Shown here piece after piece: positions 1 through 12,955 of a stretch of 64,000 bases of DNA. The position numbers and the translations under genes are program-made. Under the pieces are notes generated by a model. The model was given only the letters and a program-made list of their open reading frames with translations, searched no databases and was not told the DNA's origin. This stretch comes from Octopus bimaculoides (taxonomy: Eukaryota). Each line of letters begins with the position of its first letter. Positions within the stretch are counted from its first letter, which is position 1. Location of the stretch: assembly GCF_001194135.2 (NCBI RefSeq), contig NC_068982.1, positions 33,770,475 to 33,834,474 of the forward strand, written 5' to 3'.

Positions 1-382
1 TTTCCTAACAAAGAAAATACACACCTATCTTGATATCCCCCTTTATTTAACCTTTTGATACCAACTTGCCTGACACCACACCTGGCTCTATGACACAAAA
101 TTCATGTTTTAAAATTGTTAATTTATGTTCCAAATACCAGCTTGATAATGACAGTTATTTTACTAAATTCTTCATTATTTTTAAAATTAGTTGAAATAAT
201 GGAAGCATATTTCAATAGAAATAAAGTAACAAAATGGTTGACTAAAAAATAATTATAATTGACATTGAGAAGGCCATCAAACAATATTCAAGCCAAATAC
301 TCTATAATAGAGAAAAACTAAAAATGAAAATATATATATTCAATATATCTTTCTTTAATTTATGATTTCTTTTCAATTGCAG

Positions 383-441
383 TTGATCAAGTGATTCCAG
401 ACTTTTGGAAAAAAAAGAGTTCAGACGAACTCTATGAATAA
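383..441 (+). CDS. Possible terminal coding exon, product unknown
   Basis: Polypyrimidine acceptor TTTCTTTTCAATTGCAG|, then xDQVIPDFWKKKSSDELYE* with AATAAA overlapping the stop. An open minus-strand reading also exists. Confidence 0.2.
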
Positions 442-1555
442 AATCTACATTCATTCAACTACATCATATAAAATATCACCAAAATCCAGGAAACATATTA
501 AACCTTTTAATTAGTCAATTAAAATTTAATTGTAAAAGATAATTTCTCACATTGACACATGTATGGCACTAACTATACATAGGTATATACTTGAGAAGCT
601 TGCTTCCCAACATGGTTTTGGGTTCAGTCCCACTGCATGGCACCTTGGGCAAGAATCTTTTACCATAGCCCTGGGAGGGTGCAAGCAAGCGAGCGAATCA
701 GTCAGTGTCTTTGTGTTTGTCCACTGTCAACACTTGACAACCAGAGTTTTTTTTTTGTTTTTTTTTTTCATTTCCATAATGTAGTGGTTCAGCAAGAGAG
801 AATAATAAAGTACCAGGCTTAAAAGATAAGTACTGGGAATGATTTCTTTTACTAGACTCAAGATGGTTCCCTAGCAGTGCCATACTCCATAGACCAATAC
901 AAGTAAAACAAACAATAAACGATAAAACAGAAAAGCTAGTATTCCGTGTAAACTCCGACTCCTGGAGATAATACTACAAATCATAATCCTATAGTCTCAT
1001 GTACCAGATAAATTACTTCTCTATGAAGTTCTCTACTTGCTACTGAGTAATTACATATCAATTTCGAACCTAAGCAAAAGGTTACAAATTTTGAAGGAGT
1101 GGGTTAAGGAGATAGGCATTAGCCAATTATATTAGCCACAGTTTTTGACAGGTACTGTATTTTATTAACTTCAGAAGGATGAAAGGCAAAATTAACCTCA
1201 GAAGAATTTGAAATCAAAAATGTGAAGAACTAGAACAAAGACCACAAGGCATTTTATCCAATATACTACCAATTGCTAAAATCCTTGTATCTTATATTTA
1301 TTTCAGGCACTGGACAGTGGCCATGCTAGAGCACTACCTTAAGGGTTTAATAAAAAAAAATAAACCCCAGTACTTATTTTTAAGTCTGGTACTTATTCTA
1401 TTGATATCTTTTGCTGAACTGCTAAGTTATAGGTACATAAATAAGTCAAACCTTGGTTGTTAAGCAGCAGTGGGCAAATAACACAAACACAGTCACAGAC
1501 ATAGATACATACACACACACATCCACACATAAAATATAATATATTATTTTATTCT

Positions 1556-1950
1556 TTACTTTTACTTGTTTCAGTCGTTTGACTGTGGCCATGCTGGAGC
1601 ACCATCTTTAGTCGAACAAATCAACCCCAGGACTTATTCTTTGTAAGCCTAGTACTTATTATATCAGCCTCTTTGCCGCACCACTAAGTTACAGGGATGT
1701 AAACACACCAACATCGGTTGACGGTTGTCAAGTGATGGTGGGGGAACAAACACAGACGCACAGATACATATACGTGTATCATATATATACAACAGGCTTC
1801 TTTCAATTTCCGTCAACCAAATCCACTCACAAGGCTTTGGTCAGCCCAAGGCTATAGAAGATACTTGCCCAAGGTGCAACACAGTGAGACTGATTCTGGA
1901 GCCATGTGGTTGGGAAGCAAGCTTCTTACCACACAGACACTCCTGCGCCT
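1556..1950 (-). mobile_element. SINE family A, near-complete copy
   Basis: Reverse complement of the 2153-2620 type. Additional partial copies lie at about 580-910 (+), 1290-1520 (-), 1985-2120 (-) and 3290-3440 (-). Confidence 0.88.
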
Positions 1951-1982
<32 letters not shown>

Positions 1983-2152
1983 GATAGTCTTCCACACAGT
2001 TTCCATCAAGTTGACCAAGAGCAATAGTAGAAGACACTAGCCCAAAGTATTGTGCAGTGGGACCAAACATAAAACCATGTAGTTGCAAAGCAAGCTTCTT
2101 AATTACACAGACATGCCTGAGTAATTAAATATGAAAAATACTTTTAGATGTA

Positions 2153-2311
2153 GGCGTAGGAGTGGCTGTGTGGTAAGTAGCTTGCTAACCAACCACATGG
2201 TTCCGGGTTCAGTCTTACTGCGTGGCACCTTGGGCAAGTGTCTTCTACTATAGCCTCGGGCCGACCAAAGCCTTGTGAGTGGATTTGGTAGACGGAAACT
2301 GAAAGCCCGTC

Positions 2312-2379
<68 letters not shown>

Positions 2380-2620
2380 GAGTGTGTGTGTGCGTGTGTG
2401 TGCGTGTGTGTGTGTGTCCGTGTCCCCAACATCGCTTGACAACCGATGCTGGTGTGTTTACATTCCCATAACTTAGCAGTCCGGCTAAAGAGATCGATAG
2501 AGTAAGTACTAGTCTTGCAAAGAATAAGTCCTGGGGTCGATTAGCTTGACTAAAAGGCGGTGCTCCAGCATGGCCACAGTCAAATGACTGAAACAAGTAA
2601 AAGAGTAAAAGAATAAAGAG
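2153..2620 (+). mobile_element. tRNA-headed SINE family A, complete young copy with central (TA)n/(TG)n
   Basis: Pol III A-box TGGCTGTGTGG and B-box GGTTCAGTC, central microsatellite, 3' GAAACAAGTAAAAGAG tail. Many paralogues in the window. Confidence 0.9.
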
Positions 2621-3143
2621 TATGTGTGTGGGGAGGTGTGCTTCATATCTGTATCAATTTTGATAAAGCCCTATATTTTCCAGGTTAATCCCATCAAGAC
2701 AGTTTAAAAATCTAAGAACATAAAAATTTGATATAGTTTCAACAATGTTACTATAAACTAGAATTCAAAGAAACATGATTTGTTTCCAAGGCATATGCTT
2801 CAATCAGACCTTTAATACATAGATTCGTGTTTTTGTTGTTTTTTATTTTGTTTCTTTCTTGGTGGGTGGTGGGGATGTAGATTTTGTCTCCTTCCTCCCA
2901 TTGGATGGCTGATTTAATAATTTATGACAGTTTGGAAGACAGGTTAATTTCTAGATCTAAATAACTCAAGAGAAACATGACAGATTGTAAGGAGAGGGGT
3001 GAGAAAAAAAAAAGGGAGATATATGAAAGAAAAAAAAAGAAAAGAAATAAAGGAGGAAGAAAGAGTGAAATGGAGAGATGTGAAGACAAGGCCCAGAAAG
3101 TAAGATAGAATTCACTGTCCAAAAGATGAAATAAGGTGACATG

Positions 3144-3174
<31 letters not shown>

Positions 3175-5210
3175 GTGTGTGTGTGTGTGTGTGCACGCGC
3201 ACGCATGCATGCATACACATGCACAATTGTCTTTTGAAAATTTTCTCATCGAAATTTCAATTAATTATAATTACACAGTGCCCCAAATGAAGTAGGGTGT
3301 TGTGCATGCATGTAGAGAGGATAAGCACCGAACTAAGTACAAACGCATTGGTTGGTCTGGAGGCTCTAGCAGAAAACACTTGCCCAATGTGCTGCACAGT
3401 GGGATTGAACCCACAACCATGTGATCGCAAAGCGAGCTTCTTAACCAGCCTATCAACCAAGAAGAACAAGACCAGTGTATTCAATAAAGAATAACTTTTG
3501 GAATTTGGCTCTATCTCAGTTCCTTCCTTATATGTCCAAGTCAACTTTGGCATTCTCCTTTATCATGTTGGTAAAATAAGCACCAGATGAAATACAAAAG
3601 CAAACCCCTGGAGTTAATAATACACCCAACATAATCACTTTCCAATGGCTGAAAGAAAGAACAGAATAAAAGAATAACTTAATCGACAGCCTCTTAATTG
3701 AACATCGAAAAAGAATGTCTTATGTACCATGACAAGGTTTTTGTTTTTATTTACTAATATTTTACCTTTTCCATTCTTATTTGACATTATGTGTCATGTT
3801 GATGCATGTATATAATGGTAGTTAGCAGCCAATCACAGAATGTGGCCTATTTCTAAATAAAGCCCCGAGGAGAGGTAATAGTAGTAAATGTGCATCATAA
3901 TATAGAAGCAGTGTCCATCATATCCAATCTTCTGTGAAAACATGTCTGGTGAAAGGGAAATATTACATTGCTTGAAAACAGATAGGGGTTGATGGCAGGA
4001 AAGGCATCTGGCCATAGAAAGAAAAGTCACTTTATTAAATTCTGTCTAACCCATGCAAGCATGAAAAAATGGAGGTTAAAATGATAAAGACTTTAACAAT
4101 GATGATTTTACAGTGTGTGTGTGTGTGTGTGTGTGTACACACACACACACACACACACAGACTCATCAGGGTTTCTATGAATTGTATCATTATAATAAGG
4201 ACTAACTTCTGAGCTTTTATCCCATTAAGGTCACCTTTCTGGATTGAAAAATAAAGTACTGGTCAAGTACAAGTGTCGATGTTCCTGACCCTATCCGCCA
4301 ACTTTCCTTGTGCCTATATTATGAGCAATTATAATATGGAACCAGCCCTGAGAACACTGTTTCTAATAGTAATAACAATATAAAAAAAAAACAGCTTCAA
4401 TTTAGGTTTAGATAATTGTTAGTGGTGGAAGGATAGCTGATTTTCTTCCTCATCACTTTTACAAACAGAGTAATGTAGTTTTGATTAGAATATAATAAAA
4501 CAAGCCAAGGGTGGGGGGCAGTATTCGGGGGGGGGGGCCTGAATCATGAGTTACACTAATCACAAACTATGTAAAGAGACTATAAAATGAGAGCAAAGAA
4601 CAAAGAAGGATCCCAAAATAACTTGCCATAAAAATAACCCTTAAAATGACACAACAGTTTTGACCTTTATTTTAGATAGCTTCCATATGGTAGGATAAGA
4701 GAAGTTAACATTTACAAATACTTGTAGCATACAAAAAGAAAAAGAAAATAAACAGAATAAAACAATGCAGTTAATCCTTGGCATGAATTAGAATGAAAAT
4801 AGCATATTGTAGAAGCATATATATATTTACATATATAGGAGTTAGTGAAGCAAAGATAATAACTCATTTGAGTGGAATGGAATCTTGGGGAAAAAAATCT
4901 GTTTTGTTTCCTTAGTGTAGTTAGCTGTGGAACCCAACTGATTGTTAATAACATGCTTGCTTATAACCTACTATCAACAAATTAAGGCTGCTCTTTTTAA
5001 TCTTTTTATAATTTTTTTCCTTATTTCAGTTTGGGCTTTTTTTTTTGGGGGGGGGGGGTAATTTGTGAATGAAGGTAACTGGGTAAGGTTAATAGTGCAC
5101 TTAATGCCTATTTTAAATTGCAAAGCAATCTGTACTATCTGCATTTACGGACAGCTGAAAAAAGACAGGTGTAGTGCATTAAATCGTGATAGATAGCAGT
5201 TACATTTTAG

Positions 5211-5301
5211 ATCAAACCAGCAAGTCCCAAAGAATCATTCACCTTCGAAATGCTGTAGATGTAACAAAGCAACAATGCAGCTCGATAGTAGACCAATTTT
5301 G
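5211..5301 (+). CDS. Possible 91-nt internal coding exon, product unknown
   Basis: TTTTAG|...|GTATGT. One frame reads (D)QTSKSQRIIHLRNAVDVTKQQCSSIVDQFW and retains CpGs in a CpG-poor region. A competing minus-strand acceptor (CTTTGTTACATCTACAG) lies in the same segment, so strand is uncertain. Confidence 0.25.
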
Positions 5302-7066
5302 GTATGTTTCAGTGTTTAGTACCAAGTGAACATCATAATCTTTTAATGTACATTTTCCATACTGGCATGAATGGGATGATTTGACAGGATCCAACACACT
5401 TCAGAGTTGCATTAGACTCCAAAGTCAGTTTCAACATGGTTTCTGGATGCCATTCCTAACACCAACTACTTTACAGTGTTTAATGTGTACATTTTTTGAC
5501 ACTGGTACTAGTGAGTAACTTGCAAGACAAAGAAAGAAGAAAAAGTACCTCTCAACTAAGTGGGAATGTATTTGAGACATGGGGTGGTGACTTTATGCTG
5601 GATGTTGAAAGTTAAAGTATGATAGAGAGACAAGCACAAGTGTCTAATTATAGCAGAGATCCATGGCTACCCCGCATTATGTGAGGGAGAGCAAGTGTAA
5701 CTGGGAAATATAAATAAGTACTAGAGTGTACTTAGAAAATACAAGGTGAATATAAGGGATAACATAAACAGAATATAAGGGAGAACACAGTGGATCAGGA
5801 GGAAAGGAAAGGGTAAGTAATTTCAAAAAAATATTAGAGGAGAGTGAGAGATGGTTAGAGATGGGGCTAGAGGTGGTAGCAAATGTAAACACTTGCATAT
5901 GTGCACAAGTGTGTACATTTGCATGTGTTAACTGATTCTCAAGATAACCAAACATTTCAAGTGAAATTTAGTGAAATAACACAAATGTTTTGCTTCATTT
6001 ATTGTTATATCAAGCTGGTGTTTGGAACACAAGGTTTTTATGTAAAACTCTGATGGAAATTTTGCCTCTTGAAATCTTTCTTTAGAAATCATGCAATAAT
6101 GAGATTTCTGATGAGTTTTGAAGTGTTTTAACAATAACTTAACAGAAGACAAAATTGAGGCTTCACAAGGAGTTATTAATTTTTCGAAGCTGAATTTGTT
6201 TTATTTTTGGTCCTGAAGAAGAAACCTACTGTTCTGTATGTTTGCTGCCTGTGAAAAATACAATCTGACACAGCATTTGTCTACTTCTATTACAGATTAT
6301 CAGCTGTAATATTAGATCATAATTTTGACATCAGCAAAACTTCCCTATCTGTGGTATTAATCTTCTGATAACATTCCATATTATATAAAGCAATTGGACT
6401 AAAAGTTTCCTGATACTGTATGAATCATCATCATTTAACATCCGTTTTCCATGCTGGCATGGGTTGGACAGTTTGACAGGAGCTGATCAGCTGAAGGGCT
6501 GTTCAGGCTCCATGTCTGTTTTGGTATGGTTTCTACAGCTGGATGCCCTTCCTGATGCCAACCACTTTACAGAGTGTACTGGGTGCTTTTACGCAGCGCC
6601 AGTATGGGTGCTTTTTATGTGGCACCAGCACATTTATACCAGTGATGGTATAAATTCATGTTTAGGAGATGAAGCAATAATCTTATAAAAGACAACCATA
6701 ATCTCTTTACATGCTAGTACATACAGAGAGATGATATGAAATAGATATGTGTAGAATTGTATGAGTAGGACACCTGCAATGTACTATTTAAGTAAAATTG
6801 TAAGCATAATCAGATTGTCACCATAGACACATAAAATTCTTAAGTGTAACCATATTTGACACTAGAGTACAATGCATAAATATTTCAATTAATTTTTTTA
6901 AATAACCATGAATTTAAAGTGAAAGTTTGTAAAATAATGTAAATATTTTATTTACTGATATATTATGTAAAGCAGCGAAAGAAATTTCACTCCCAAAATC
7001 TTACTTTAGAAACCATGTAATAGTACAGCTTCTGTTGAGATTTTAAACAAAATATGAGCACATTAA

Positions 7067-7260
7067 CCCTTTAACTGTGTATTTAAACTTCACAATTATT
7101 CCAGTGGTGATGTTAAATATCTACCTCAATCAACTTCATATATCTCAATAAAAAATTGTTTCAGACATGACATTCATCACAAAAATGATGACTGGTAATT
7201 ACTTTACATGGTTAAAAGTGATGAAATTCGAAGATATATCTGATTTCTACAGTAAAAGGG
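7067..7260. mobile_element. 194-bp TTAA-flanked MITE, third family
   Basis: TTAA|CCCTTTAACTGT...ACAGTAAAAGGG|TTAA, 12-bp TIR with one mismatch. Confidence 0.75.
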
Positions 7261-9339
7261 TTAATACAGGCCTTTGGGGTGGTTTGGTGACATAGAATCA
7301 GAGACAGTCTGGGGTAGAATGGTATTGATAAATTAAAACACCATGTAACTGACTAACCAAACATAACTAATACAATGGTTCCCAAATTAATTATCACAAT
7401 CTACCAGGTGTACAGAAAGATTATATATTCCAAATTTGAAAATGTTAGGATAACTGGCCTGTCATACAAAATATAGTTGTGACAAGAATACTAAGAAAAC
7501 AATCATGTTCTACAAGGCATGACATGTCTGATATGGTTAGTATATCTAGCCTTTGAACTACATCAATTGCTTGACAAGATATTCCCATGTTTCAGAATAG
7601 ATTACAGTTATTCAGTGACATTGAATTCAACACTGTACTGTCTCATTTCAAATGACATGGTTTGATTCATGCAAAATCTTCTCCTCAACTAAATATTCAC
7701 ATGGAAAAAGAAATCAAAAAACAAGTTGCAAATAGTTAGTTAAATGATGGTACAGATCATCAGTAAAATTTCACTGAATAACGTATGTGCCAAGTGAACA
7801 GCACAGTAAATACCAAATTAGCAGAGGAACAGAAACTTTAAATTTAAAAGTAATTACTTACTTAATTTAATAGTGATAATTTACCGTTATTCAATTTTTT
7901 TTTTTTTTAGTTTTCTTTTTTCCCTTTCATTTTTCTTTTTCTCTGACTAAAATTAATGAAGAATTTATATGCCTCCACAGTTTATTCTTGATCACATCTC
8001 ATATGACATTCCTGAAATATGGTTAACTAAAACAGTTCTCTTTTGGAACAGTAAAACTGTCATGAGTTACATGTGAATAACTTGGACATCCACCATGTCA
8101 AAAAAAAAAAAGATTATTTCATGTTCTCTCAAAATTAATAAAATTCTATGATGTCAATGATTAACCTGTATAAAACATGTATATTATCTTGGCATTTTCA
8201 ACACGATTTCTTCCTCTTGACATTTTTTTTATTTTAATAAATTAAATGTATATTCTTCTATGTTAGTTACAGTTATGTAATAAACATACAGTCAAGGAAG
8301 CATTTTACATGATTGTTCAAGCAACAAGAAAACCTTTACAGAATTGATCAAACCAATAAAAGAGCCAATCACTCAAGCCAATGAGGGAACCTCCATCAGT
8401 ATGAAGCATGGGCCACCTTTTTTTCAAGAAGCAAGCTACATGAGACATGGTTCATCATCAGGCTAACCACACTACTAAGCAAAAAAAAAAAAAAGAAAAA
8501 AATCAAGATAACTTTTCATTAGACATGCCATTCAGAAAGTCTTGCAGATTGCAGTTTACCCATTACTAAAATACGTGGTTACTTCACTGGCTAGAAAATA
8601 CAGCTAAATCTCTCCCAAATCATACTAAAAAAACATCAAAGGGTACATTAAACCATGCAATTTTGAATACATCATGTCTCAAAAAGACATGATGTCTATG
8701 GCTTGCATTTCACCTGATCATAAGTCTACTCAGAGTTTAAGTATAACAACATATATACAAGTGCTAACATAATATTCAGACCAACTACTTGTTTTGATAG
8801 CCTTTAATCATCTTCCAAATGTATGTTATAGTATATATTATCATCAATATTTTTATCTACATTTTCCATGCTGTCAGGAGTCATGTGTTGGCAATGTAGT
8901 ATATTGCTGTTGTAACGATGTCCCATAGCACATCATTTCTTTTGTATGTGCTAAGAGGTTCTTTTTCCTCTTTAAGCTATCTTGTATTTGTCCAGAGTAA
9001 CTAATTTCTGAGATGAATTCATTTTTAATGGTATACTAAAAAGGAAAAGATAGCACCCGTATTATTTCACAGATTCCTCAAGAACAGTGAAATAAATATA
9101 AGTGATATTTAGCTTGAATATCTATAAGTCATACTTGTAGGTAAGACAGTAATTTGGCAGAATCGTGAGCATGGCAGTCAAAATTCTTAATGGCATTTCT
9201 TCTGGCTCTTTACATTCTGAGTTCAAAAATCCCACAGAAGTCAACTTTGCCTTTCATCCCTTTGAGGTCGATAAAAAAATAGTACAAGTCAAAATGTAAT
9301 CAACTTGACCTTTCCCTTAAAACTTGCTGGCCTTGAACC

Positions 9340-9900
9340 TGGCAACAGACTGGCATCAGATTCAAGGGATATAAATTGTCATTATATGCCATGGAAACTG
9401 AGTAACCAGCCTTATGAGTCCTTAGATTTGAGGGGGAAAATGCTTGCAGGAAAAACATGGACAGTGAGAGCTTGTAAAGATTAGTGTGTTACTGGGCCAA
9501 GATGAAAGTGACTTGCTAGTTGCAGTTATGATAGAATAATCAGAGCAACAAAACAGTAAGCCTGTGGACCAGATGTTGTAGTGTGTTGCTAAATCTTTGC
9601 TAATCAGTTAAATGGCCTTCTTTAGATTCAATCTAGTATGTCTATAAGTACAGCAGCAGTAGCATCATATATGAGAGTAGTACTCTATTCTGGGTCCTAC
9701 TTAAGCTCTGTTGAAAGTCAACAGCTGATCAAAGCAGAAATATTTTCTGCTCCTGAACTGAAAGCCTATGGGATGCAGGTGTTGCTATGTTACATAAGTG
9801 GGATTCACCATAAAAGATTTGTCTTTATAGTATCAAATGAAGCTATATATTTCTTAGTCAAATACAAGGGCCAGGATCAGAGTAAAGAGTGGTAGATACA
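9340..9900 (-). mobile_element. CR1/Jockey-like LINE remnant, same family as 18240-19050
   Basis: Minus frames GFQFRSRKYFCFDQLLTFNRA*VGPRIEYYSHI...LKKAI*LI. Confidence 0.75.
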
Positions 9901-9949
9901 GAGACTGCTTGTAATGTTCATTTGTATCAGGGATTGATGTTATTATAGA

Positions 9950-10564
9950 CAATCCATTTTTCATCACCAGTAATGATTCATTTCAAAAAATAGATTGATT
10001 TCATTGTGTTTGAGATACATATTGCAAATATTGATACATTGTGTTAAGTGAATCTCTTTCAATTTATGTGGAAACCAAATATCAAGCTTCTTAACAAGTC
10101 CAAGACATTTTAAGTGATTTTCAATTGTTGTGTGTGATGCATTTAACCTCTCTGCAATCTCTTGCACAGTTATATGACAATCAGATTCAATTATTGTTTT
10201 GATTTAGTCATCATCGACTTCAGTAGGTCGACCAGAATGTTGGTCACTTTTAAGTGAAAAATCTCCAGAAAGTAATTTTCTAAACCATTTCTGACATGTG
10301 CGTTCTGTTAAGCAATCAACACCATAAATGTCACAAATCTCTTTGTGAGCTTCAGCAGCTTTATGGAAATAAAAAAGCGAAATATGGCAAAAATATTCTT
10401 TTTTGCACTCCATGTTAAAATTGACGTTGAACTAACAGTTGCAAACAAAATTACTTTCAACTTGCTTCTAAAGTAAGCTAAAAGTAATGGCTATCAAATG
10501 TCAAAAGGAAAAAAATCTGAGCAATACTTTATTTACTACTTAAGTTAATACTGTTAGTTACAAC
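9950..10564 (-). mobile_element. 5' fragment of a second mariner family (mellifera-like transposase N-terminus)
   Basis: ORFs 10204-10413 (MECKKEYFCHISLFYFHKAAEAHKEICDIYG...WFRKLLSGDFSLKSDQHSGRPTEVDDD) and 9964-10167 (QEIAERLNASHTTIENHLKCLGLVKKLDIWFPHKL) match mariner HTH1/HTH2 and the WVPHEL motif. The catalytic domain is missing. Confidence 0.88.
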
Positions 10565-10566
10565 TA

Positions 10567-11841
10567 TCAGGCTGAGTAAAATGTAAGCAAAGTTTTTAAA
10601 CATGAAATTCATCACAATATATTTCAACAATGCAGAAATTTTATTCATCAAAGTAAGTACCATTATAATCAACACAGTTTTGCCAACAAGTTACAAGTTT
10701 GTTTATTCCAGTAACATAAAAATCTGGAGTTCTGGAGCTGATGAACTCTTTGAACGCACTTTCACCATCGATCTGATTTTTTAATTTCTTCTCTTACAGA
10801 AAGCCACCAAGGTGCTTGAAAAAGTGGTAGTCGATAGGAGAAAGGTCTGAGAATAAGCTAGGTGGGGAAGAACTTTGTAGCCAAGTTCCCTCAACTTCTG
10901 CAGTGTCATTAGTGAAATGTGTGATCAAGCATTGTCATGAAGAATGATTGGCCCTCTTCTGATGACCAATCTGGAACGGAGGAGTAGCAGTTTTTCATTC
11001 ATTTTGGCAATTTCATGGCAATATGTTTCTGCAGTAATGGTTTTTCCAGGTTTTGAGAAGTTATAGTGGATGCGTCCAGCAGTACACCACCAAACAGTCA
11101 CCATAACCTTCTTTGTCAAGAGCTCAGGTTTAGGAAAGGTTTTCAGTGCTTCATTTTGGTCCAACCACTGTGAAGAACATTTTTTTTTTATATTATTATA
11201 CAGAATCCACTTTTTATTACAGTCAAGAAATAGATCAGTCTGGTTATGGAGAAGAAGCAACGAGCAAATTTCCTATCTGCGCAAATTTCCGATTTCCATT
11301 CAAATCATGTGGTACCCATTTGTCAAGTCTTTATGATTTTCCAATCGCATGCAAACGGCTGCAGGCAGTTTTTTGACTAACCTGAAGTTCTTTTGCCAGT
11401 TCTCAAGTGGTTTTATGTGGATCTTTCTCAATGATGGTCTTTAACTGACTGTCGTCGATGACAAATGGGCCCTATGCTCACAATCTTCACGGCTCAGGTC
11501 TCCACTGCGAAATCATTTAAGCCATTTTCAAGCTGACCACTCACTGGTCATTTCCTCACCAAATGTTTCATTGATATTGTGAGCAGTTTTAGCTGCTTTA
11601 CGTCCTTTTTTGAAGTTGAATAGCAAAATTGCTCGAATATCATGCTTTGATAGTTCCATTTCAGATGATTGTAACAATGGTGAAAAAAATAGAAATGTTA
11701 ATTTATTTATGCATTTGGGCAAGTCTATGTCTGTATTATCAGACAATTGCAAAAACAGTTTTTAAAAAATTCAAAACTTCACAAAGATCCAGTACAAATT
11801 CTTCATGGTTGAAAATGTTGCTTACTTTTTACTCAACCTGA
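10567..11841 (-). mobile_element. Full-length (1275 bp) inactive mariner transposon, Hsmar1/cecropia-like
   Basis: Terminal inverted repeats TCAGGCTGAGTAAAATGTAAGCAA (10567) and reverse complement TCAGGTTGAGTAAAAAGTAAGCAA (ends 11841), each flanked by TA. Minus-strand pieces: MELSKHDIRAILLFNFKKGRKAAKTAHNINETFG (HTH), CNKKWILYNN (consensus CDEKWILYDN, first catalytic D lost), KKVMVTVWW, ITAETYCHEI, IILHDNA, and SPIDYHFFKHL. Stops and frameshifts present. Confidence 0.93.
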
Positions 11842-12425
11842 TAGTATTACAGTAATAATAGTTAACCTTGAACTCTAATTTAACCATTGTTTATTCAGTA
11901 AACAAGTGTTTATTTAGCTTAAAATTTCATTAATAATACCAAAGAACTTCATTATAGTGTTCAGTAGTTATTTTTCCAAATATGTATGTTTAACCCCTTC
12001 CTTACTATATTCCTTACTATATTCTTGTTAAGATAAACTACCTCTGTTTCAGTTAACATGAAAACATTGAAGAATTTAGTATAATAACTTTGGTGTTTGG
12101 TGCATAAATTAACATGAAATTTCAATGGAACGTTTTAATTTAGATCACTTCAAAACAGGAACTTTGTATCATAGAGCCAAGGGTGGTCTTAGGCAGCTTG
12201 GTATCAAAAGTGTTATTAAATATAGTTTCACCACAGTATTTAAGGTGATAAATAAGAGTAATCATGAAAAAAAAAATAGGAACCAGTTCTGTAGAAGTAG
12301 TTAATGCAATTTGAATTACAAAAATGAAATTAACTAATTAATTTTGCAAATTATACTTCCCAAATTATTTGTAATTCTTTTTCAAGTAAAATGTTTGTCA
12401 ACTGATCACATAGGCTTAAGTAGAC

Positions 12426-12483
12426 CATGCTATGCTGATGAGGTCTTACAGACTGAAACATGACTGTAATTGTCCATTGCATG
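12426..12483 (+). ncRNA. Type I hammerhead ribozyme motif
   Basis: Stem I CATGCTATG/CATTGCATG (8 of 9 pairs), core CTGATGA (12435-12441), stem II GGTC-TTACA-GACT, GAAA (12455-12458), stem III ACA/TGT, cleavage triplet GUC ending at 12474. Confidence 0.75.
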
Positions 12484-12805
12484 TAAATAAAGATAATACT
12501 TTCCTTCTAAGAATGTAAATTAATTTCAAGATAAATCCTAAACTTCATGAAATAATATCTTCTTTAGAGAGGGGAGACACTATCAATTCCCCCCCCCCCA
12601 GATGGTTCTTCAATTATGAAGGAAATATCAGTTAATTAAAAACTGCTTGTATCCAGAATTCAGTACATTCCCCTTAACTTACACCTTGTTAGTCTTTGGA
12701 TATTTGGTCATATTCTTTCTTCCGAAATTCGTATTGATAATATTCAGACATATTTATATTCAGATATCTACATTCTAACAGACATCTATATCATTCCAAT
12801 ACAAA

Positions 12806-12885
12806 CTCTAGAGCAGCATTTCTCAACCGGGATTTCCTAGAACCCTAGGGTTCTGCAAAAGGTTCCTAGGGGTTCCATGGGAAAG
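12806..12885 (+). mobile_element. One end of a hAT (Charlie-like) element
   Basis: CTCTAGAG (Charlie-type NTCTAGAN target site) immediately followed by CAGCATTTCTCAACCGGG...GAACCCTAGGGTTC. The other end was not found; a gap follows at 12956. Confidence 0.6.
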
Positions 12886-12911
12886 AGTGAGATAAGCTAA
12901 TTTCATGATCG

Positions 12912-12955
<44 letters not shown>

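Noticed and set aside
2153-2230. tRNA gene
   Set aside because: A and B boxes are present but there is no cloverleaf. It is the tRNA-derived head of SINE family A.
8840-9040. 51-codon minus frame after a strong acceptor (YTIKNEFISE...)
   Set aside because: No donor and no recognisable domain. An alternate frame weakly resembles RTE C-terminal motifs. Left uncalled.
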